Origin: Dictyostelium discoideum
Taxonomy: Eukaryota
Direction: 5' to 3'
Length of the DNA stretch: 1,953 nucleotides
Assembly (NCBI GenBank): GCA_000004695.1
Contig: CH709166.1
Location: 1 to 1,953, forward strand
Shown one piece after another: positions 1-1,953 of this stretch. Made by a program: the position numbers and the translations under genes. How positions within the stretch are numbered: position 1 is the first letter of the stretch; every line of letters begins with the position of its first letter. The notes below the pieces were generated by a model. That model saw only the letters and a program-made list of their open reading frames with translations, did not search any database and had not been told where the DNA came from.

Positions 1-96
1 CTCCATTGATTTCATTCTTAAATCAAAGGATTCAGCGCTATTAGAGGCAGAGGTACTACTACTAGAGGCATCATTATATTTAACAGTGGTAGACAT
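1..96 (-). CDS. 5' end (first 32 codons) of a gene running off the left window edge; Ser/Thr-rich N-terminus MSTTVKYNDASSSSTSASNSAESFDLRMKSME
   Basis: The reverse complement of 94-96 is ATG, preceded on the minus strand by caataaaatATG (an A-rich Kozak-like context) with an in-frame stop two codons upstream. The frame stays open for 32 codons to position 1. An AT-rich putative promoter lies upstream on the minus strand (97-215). It is absent from the ORF track, presumably because of the length cut-off. Confidence 0.35.
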   Translation of the reverse strand, partial: MSTTVKYNDASSSSTSASNSAESFDLRMKSME

Positions 97-184
97 ATTT
101 TATTGTTGATATCTAAAATTATAATATGAGAAAAATAATAATATTAAAAATTAATAAAGAGAAATAATTATTTGTATATTTTTT

Positions 185-196
185 GTGTGTGTGTGT
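185..196. repeat. (GT)6 dinucleotide microsatellite
   Basis: gtgtgtgtgtgt read directly. Confidence 0.9.
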
Positions 197-203
197 ATCT
201 TAA

Positions 204-212
204 ATATATATA
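204..212. repeat. (AT)4 microsatellite abutting the outer end of the left arm
   Basis: atatatata followed by ggagg, then the arm begins at 217. Confidence 0.8.
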
Positions 213-316
213 GGAGGAATTCCCAAATAAAATAAATCAAATTGTTTTAGTTTTTAGTGCCACTATTTATACGTTTTTATTTTCTTAAAAATTTCGCAAA
301 ACTCAAAAAAATAAGA

Positions 317-418
317 GTTTTCGACCCTTCACAACTTTGTGCATAGTGTCGGTTCGGAATTTTTCAGTTTTTCGACCTTGTGCAATGATCGCGTCATTGT
401 GCCGGTTCGAAATTTTTA
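317..418 (+). repeat. Diverged tandem duplication of about 50 bp inside the left arm
   Basis: The two units share gttttcgacc ... ttgtgca ... tgtg(t/c)cggttcg(g/a)aattttt. Confidence 0.7.
383..399 (+). other. Perfect 6-bp stem / 5-nt loop hairpin, caatga-tcgcg-tcattg, in the left arm
   Basis: Read directly. The homologous position in the right arm (about 1519-1545) is disrupted but carries a different palindrome, ttgcgcaa. Confidence 0.6.
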
Positions 419-451
419 CTTTTCTTTCGAAAATTTTTTTATTCTTCTCAT

Positions 452-466
452 GTTCTAGAACATTCT
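452..466 (+). promoter_or_regulatory. Three-unit heat-shock element (nTTCnnGAAnnTTCn) in the left arm, embedded in the 14-bp perfect palindrome atgttctagaacat (450-463)
   Basis: gTTCtaGAAcaTTCt matches the Pelham consensus CTnGAAnnTTCnAG at 13 of 14 positions. A TATA-like aaataaataaat lies about 30 bp further inward (497-508). Confidence 0.45.
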
Positions 467-518
467 AAAAAATTATCTTAAATATTTGGGAAATTCAAAT
501 AAATAAATGTTATTCATA

Positions 519-530
519 ATATATATATAT
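519..530. repeat. (AT)6 at the inner end of the left arm
   Basis: Read directly. The right-arm counterpart has 7 units. Confidence 0.85.
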
Positions 531-615
531 GATAATATGGATTCTGCTGCAAGATTTGATATTCTTTATTGAAATATCAGCGAGAATGATTGACAAAACG
601 CGGACGTTCAGTTTT

Positions 616-888
616 TTACTTTTCATGCTCTGCAGCATCCTTAATCTGGATGTGATTTTCATCACCGTGACGACCACAGAACACACCACGGGTTGCCATA
701 TAGTCGGCGAGCATGTTACCACAATGACCGGCATGACCTTTAACCCACTGCATGGTAAACCCAATCTTACGGTCTTTCATTAACTGTACTTTGTCAGTTA
801 ATGTAATCGACAGTTCTTTGTTAGATATGGATTCCCCATCACTCTTCTTCCTGTTGTTTGCTTTCCAACGGGGAAGATAACTCGTCAA
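616..888 (-). CDS. RNase HI-like protein, C-terminal portion only (TTG start in the track; probable gene fragment or degenerate homolog)
   Basis: The translation ...ANNRKK...[12 protein letters not shown]...[23 protein letters not shown] aligns with E. coli RNase HI ...TTNNRME...EVILSTDSQYV...[23 protein letters not shown]. The TD (D70 region) and HAGH...D (D134 region) motifs are present. The roughly 30-aa basic protrusion is shortened to 16 aa, and the N-terminal strands carrying D10 and E48 are absent. An in-frame stop lies 3 codons upstream of the TTG. Confidence 0.5.
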   Translation of the reverse strand: [90 protein letters not shown]

Positions 889-903
889 ACGTACTCAGAA
901 TCT

Positions 904-909
904 GAATAA
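904..909 (+). promoter_or_regulatory. AGGAGG Shine-Dalgarno-like hexamer with no canonical start codon at proper spacing
   Basis: ctaggaggc. The only start-like codon downstream is TTG at 922 (12-nt spacing), which opens a 23-codon hydrophobic ORF (922-993, LSIAISIPLKVAFNSATFLFTAN). Confidence 0.25.
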
Positions 910-1055
910 ACTAGGAGGCTTTACGCGTTCTTGTCGATAGCAATCTCAATTCCGCTTAAGGTTGCTTTCAACTCAGCTACGTTTTTATTTACAGCAAATT
1001 AATGCAGACTTTGGAGACATCTTAAATAACATCGTTATTGGCGATATGACTACAG

Positions 1056-1265
1056 ATGGAAAGTACTGGTGCCCTGAATACTTCCAGGCATCCGGCCGGA
1101 TCTGGCGAAGACAACACGGTTAAGATCTGGTTTTCTGATCCAGTCTTTGCCCTGAGCTACCCACGCTTTAAAATCCTGTTTGAACCATCAGTACATGTTG
1201 AAGATATCGATGTGCTGCACGAAGACTGTGTGACAGCAAAGCCGCTATTACTAAAGGGGATCTGA
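1056..1265 (+). CDS. Hypothetical 69-aa ORF of unknown function
   Basis: ATG-initiated ORF from the track. Codon usage resembles the RNase H-like ORF, but there is no recognisable motif and no ribosome-binding site. It lies divergent from the RNase H-like ORF with a 167-bp spacer. Confidence 0.2.
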   Translation: MESTGALNTSRHPAGSGEDNTVKIWFSDPVFALSYPRFKILFEPSVHVEDIDVLHEDCVTAKPLLLKGI

Positions 1266-1346
1266 CGACTCGTGATCATTGGTAATCTCCCGCAAACCAA
1301 CATTATTGATATGGCGTTTAAGGTCTATGATAAAGAAAACCCCACC

Positions 1347-1387
1347 AAATTAAAAATATATTTTATTAAATTATATTTTATATTAAA
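1347..1387 (+). repeat. 41-bp AT-rich segment X on the inner side of the right arm; inverted copy at 1734-1774
   Basis: The reverse complement of 1734-1774 equals 1347-1387 with 2 mismatches. Confidence 0.75.
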
Positions 1388-1388
1388 C

Positions 1389-1402
1389 ATATATATATAT
1401 AT
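1389..1402. repeat. (AT)7 at the inner end of the right arm
   Basis: Read directly. Confidence 0.85.
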
Positions 1403-1454
1403 TATGAATAACATTTATTTTTTTGAATTTCCCAAATATTTAAGATAATTTTTT

Positions 1455-1470
1455 AGAATGTTCTAGAACA
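1455..1470 (-). promoter_or_regulatory. Mirror-image heat-shock element in the right arm (aGAAtgTTCtaGAAca), with the same 14-bp palindrome at 1458-1471
   Basis: Same motif as the left arm. A TATA-like atttatt lies inward at about 1413-1424. Confidence 0.45.
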
Positions 1471-1496
1471 TGAGAAGAATAAAAAATTTTCGAAAG

Positions 1497-1600
1497 AAGA
1501 GTAAAAATTTCGAACCGGCACAATGACGCGATCTTTGCGCAAGGTTGAAAACATAAAAATTCCGAACCGACACAAGGCACGAATTTGAAGGGTCGAAAAC
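1497..1600 (-). repeat. Corresponding tandem sub-repeat inside the right arm
   Basis: aaaatttcgaaccggcaca ... aaggttgaaaaca is followed by aaaattccgaaccgacaca ... aagggtcgaaaaca. Confidence 0.7.
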
Positions 1601-1698
1601 ACTTATTTTTTGAGTTTTGCGAAATTTTTAAGAAAATAAAAATGTATAAATAGTGGCACTGAAAACTAAAACAATTTGATTTATAGAATTCCGACTTA

Positions 1699-1714
1699 GG
1701 GCGGGTGGGATGGG
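1699..1714 (+). other. Canonical G-quadruplex motif GGGcGGGtGGGatGGG (loops 1,1,2) immediately outside the right arm; begins with a single TTAGGG
   Basis: Read directly. It is an isolated G-rich island within sequence that is more than 85% AT. Confidence 0.6.
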
Positions 1715-1720
1715 ACTGAA

Positions 1721-1734
1721 ATATATATATATAT
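1721..1734. repeat. (AT)7 microsatellite
   Basis: Read directly. Confidence 0.85.
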
Positions 1735-1774
1735 TTAATATAAAATATAATTTAATAAATTAAATTTTTAATTT
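1734..1774 (-). repeat. Inverted copy X' of 1347-1387 on the outer side of the right arm
   Basis: See above. Together with the (AT)7 tracts at 1389-1402 and 1721-1734, it forms a palindrome of about 55 bp interrupted by the right arm plus a 28-nt GC-rich tail. Confidence 0.75.
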
Positions 1775-1896
1775 ATATTATAATATCACAACGATGAAAA
1801 TTACACCTTTTAAAGCAACTTTAAATTATATTAAAAGTGGATTTAAAGTCCTATAAAAAAGTCACTTAAAAATTAATTTAAAAGCAATTTTTTAAA

Positions 1897-1953
1897 TGAC
1901 CTTTAAAATGACCTTTAAAATGACCTTTAAAATGACCTTTAAAATGACATTTT
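1897..1953 (+). repeat. Tandem array of the 12-mer TGACCTTTAAAA (4 perfect copies plus a variant partial copy), truncated by the window end
   Basis: Unit copies lie at 1897-1908, 1909-1920, 1921-1932 and 1933-1944, with tgacatttt at 1945-1953. Degenerate relatives (aaagtcc, aaagtcac, aaagcaa with the same A/T spacing) extend leftward to about 1800. Confidence 0.85.

Larger units (their letters stand above)
217..531 (+). repeat. Left arm of a large imperfect inverted repeat (about 315 bp); possible terminal inverted repeat of a mobile element
   Basis: The reverse complement of 217-531 aligns along its whole length with 1388-1692. Alignment by eye gives about 20 substitutions, a few 1-nt indels, one 9-nt indel near the outer end, and a one-unit difference in an (AT)n tract. 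The arm begins with GAATTCCCAAAT (217-228) and carries the inverted copy ATTTGGGAAATTC at 484-496. Confidence 0.9.
541..1346. other. Compositionally foreign block of roughly 50% GC with enterobacterial-type codon usage, set between AT-rich arms
   Basis: There is an abrupt shift from about 85% AT to about 50% GC at ...gataatatgg|attctgctg (about 540) and back at ...aaaaccccacc|aaattaaaaat (1346). Codons such as CGT, GGT, CTG and CCG are used, with motifs like ggccgg and gcgcg that are atypical of the flanks. Confidence 0.55.
1311..1448 (+). other. Bacterial-style gene start (MAFKVYDKENPT...) that reads straight out of the GC block into AT-rich repeat; looks like a gene truncated at the block boundary
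   Basis: ATG at 1311. The first 12 codons have normal composition, then from 1347 the frame continues through low-complexity AT sequence (KLKIYFIKLYFILNIYIYIMNN...) to TAA at 1446. Confidence 0.25.
1388..1692 (-). repeat. Right arm of the large inverted repeat (about 305 bp), inverted relative to 217-531
   Basis: See the left arm. The inner-end motif GAATTTCCCAAAT sits at 1425-1437 and the outer end retains GAATTCC (1686-1692), but lacks about 9 nt (ccaaataaa) that are present in the left arm. Confidence 0.9.

Noticed and set aside
98-215. Left-flank similarity to the X/X' AT-rich palindrome segments (attaaaaattaataaa)
   Set aside because: The matches are short and expected by chance in DNA that is about 90% AT.
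217-222. EcoRI sites (GAATTC) at the outer ends of both arms (217-222 and 1686-1691) as evidence of an engineered construct
   Set aside because: The hexamer is part of the arm's terminal motif GAATT(T)CCCAAAT, which also occurs at inner positions (484-496, 1425-1437). It is therefore intrinsic to the repeat rather than a cloning scar. A cloning origin for the whole unit still cannot be excluded.
330-420. tRNA-like B-box GGTTCGAA (twice, in the arm sub-repeats), suggesting a tRNA-derived SINE or tRNA gene
   Set aside because: There is no A-box in the correct orientation or spacing (the only AGTGG-like match is on the opposite strand), no acceptor-stem complementarity, and the box lacks the terminal CC. 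It is probably a chance match within the sub-repeat.
596-616. Rho-independent terminator downstream of the RNase H-like ORF (aacg-tccg-cgtt + tttg)
   Set aside because: There is only a 4-bp stem and the T-run is short and interrupted, so it is not convincing.
510-764. 84-aa minus-strand ORF from the track (MGLPCSGLKVMPV...)
   Set aside because: It is an alternative frame overlapping the RNase H-like ORF on the same strand. It has no motif and runs into the AT repeat, so it is most likely a frame artefact.
529-783. 84-aa plus-strand ORF from the track (MIIWILLQDLIFF...)
   Set aside because: It lies entirely antisense to the RNase H-like ORF, which has clear family motifs. It starts inside the (AT)n repeat of the arm, is low-complexity at its N-terminus and has no recognisable motif.
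1040-1100. Possible frameshifted N-terminal remnant of RNase H (minus-strand frame reading ...RVVFARSGRMPGSIQGTSTFHL, against E. coli FTDGSCLGNPGPGGYGAIL)
   Set aside because: The similarity is limited to F..PG..L spacing, the catalytic Asp is absent, and it would lie 150 bp upstream across several stops. This is too weak to call.
1897-1953. CRISPR array
   Set aside because: The repeats are 12 bp and directly tandem with no spacers. This is a simple tandem repeat.

Overview
This 1953-bp window has three compositional zones. The flanks (1-540 and 1347-1953) are extremely AT-rich and full of microsatellites. The core (541-1346) is about 0.8 kb at roughly 50% GC by eye, with enterobacterial-style codon usage.

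The dominant structure is a pair of imperfect inverted repeats of about 315 bp (217-531 and 1388-1692, roughly 90% identical by eye) that bracket the GC-rich core. Each arm carries a tandem sub-repeat of about 50 bp, short terminal inverted motifs (GAATTCCCAAAT ... ATTTGGGAAATTC), a 14-bp perfect palindrome, and a three-unit heat-shock element or Pelham box (TTCtaGAAcaTTC) near its inner end. This architecture recalls the heat-shock-promoter-bearing inverted terminal repeats reported for Dictyostelium DIRS-1, but I cannot confirm identity from memory.

The core encodes, on the minus strand, a 90-codon ORF that is clearly homologous to the C-terminal half of RNase HI (WVKGHAGH...NMLADY) but lacks the N-terminal catalytic portion. 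It also holds a 69-aa ORF of unknown function, an AGGAGG ribosome-binding-like site with no canonical start, and a bacterial-style gene start cut off at the right edge of the core.

At the left edge, a Ser-rich gene begins on the minus strand with an A-rich (aaaATG) start context, which looks eukaryotic. At the right end, the right arm sits inside a secondary AT-rich palindrome, followed by a G-quadruplex motif and a 12-bp tandem array (TGACCTTTAAAA, about 4.5 copies) that runs off the window.

Host identity is ambiguous. The flanks look like an AT-rich eukaryote (Dictyostelium or Plasmodium style) while the core looks enterobacterial. A chimeric assembly or cloning artefact is a live alternative to genuine horizontal transfer or a composite mobile element.
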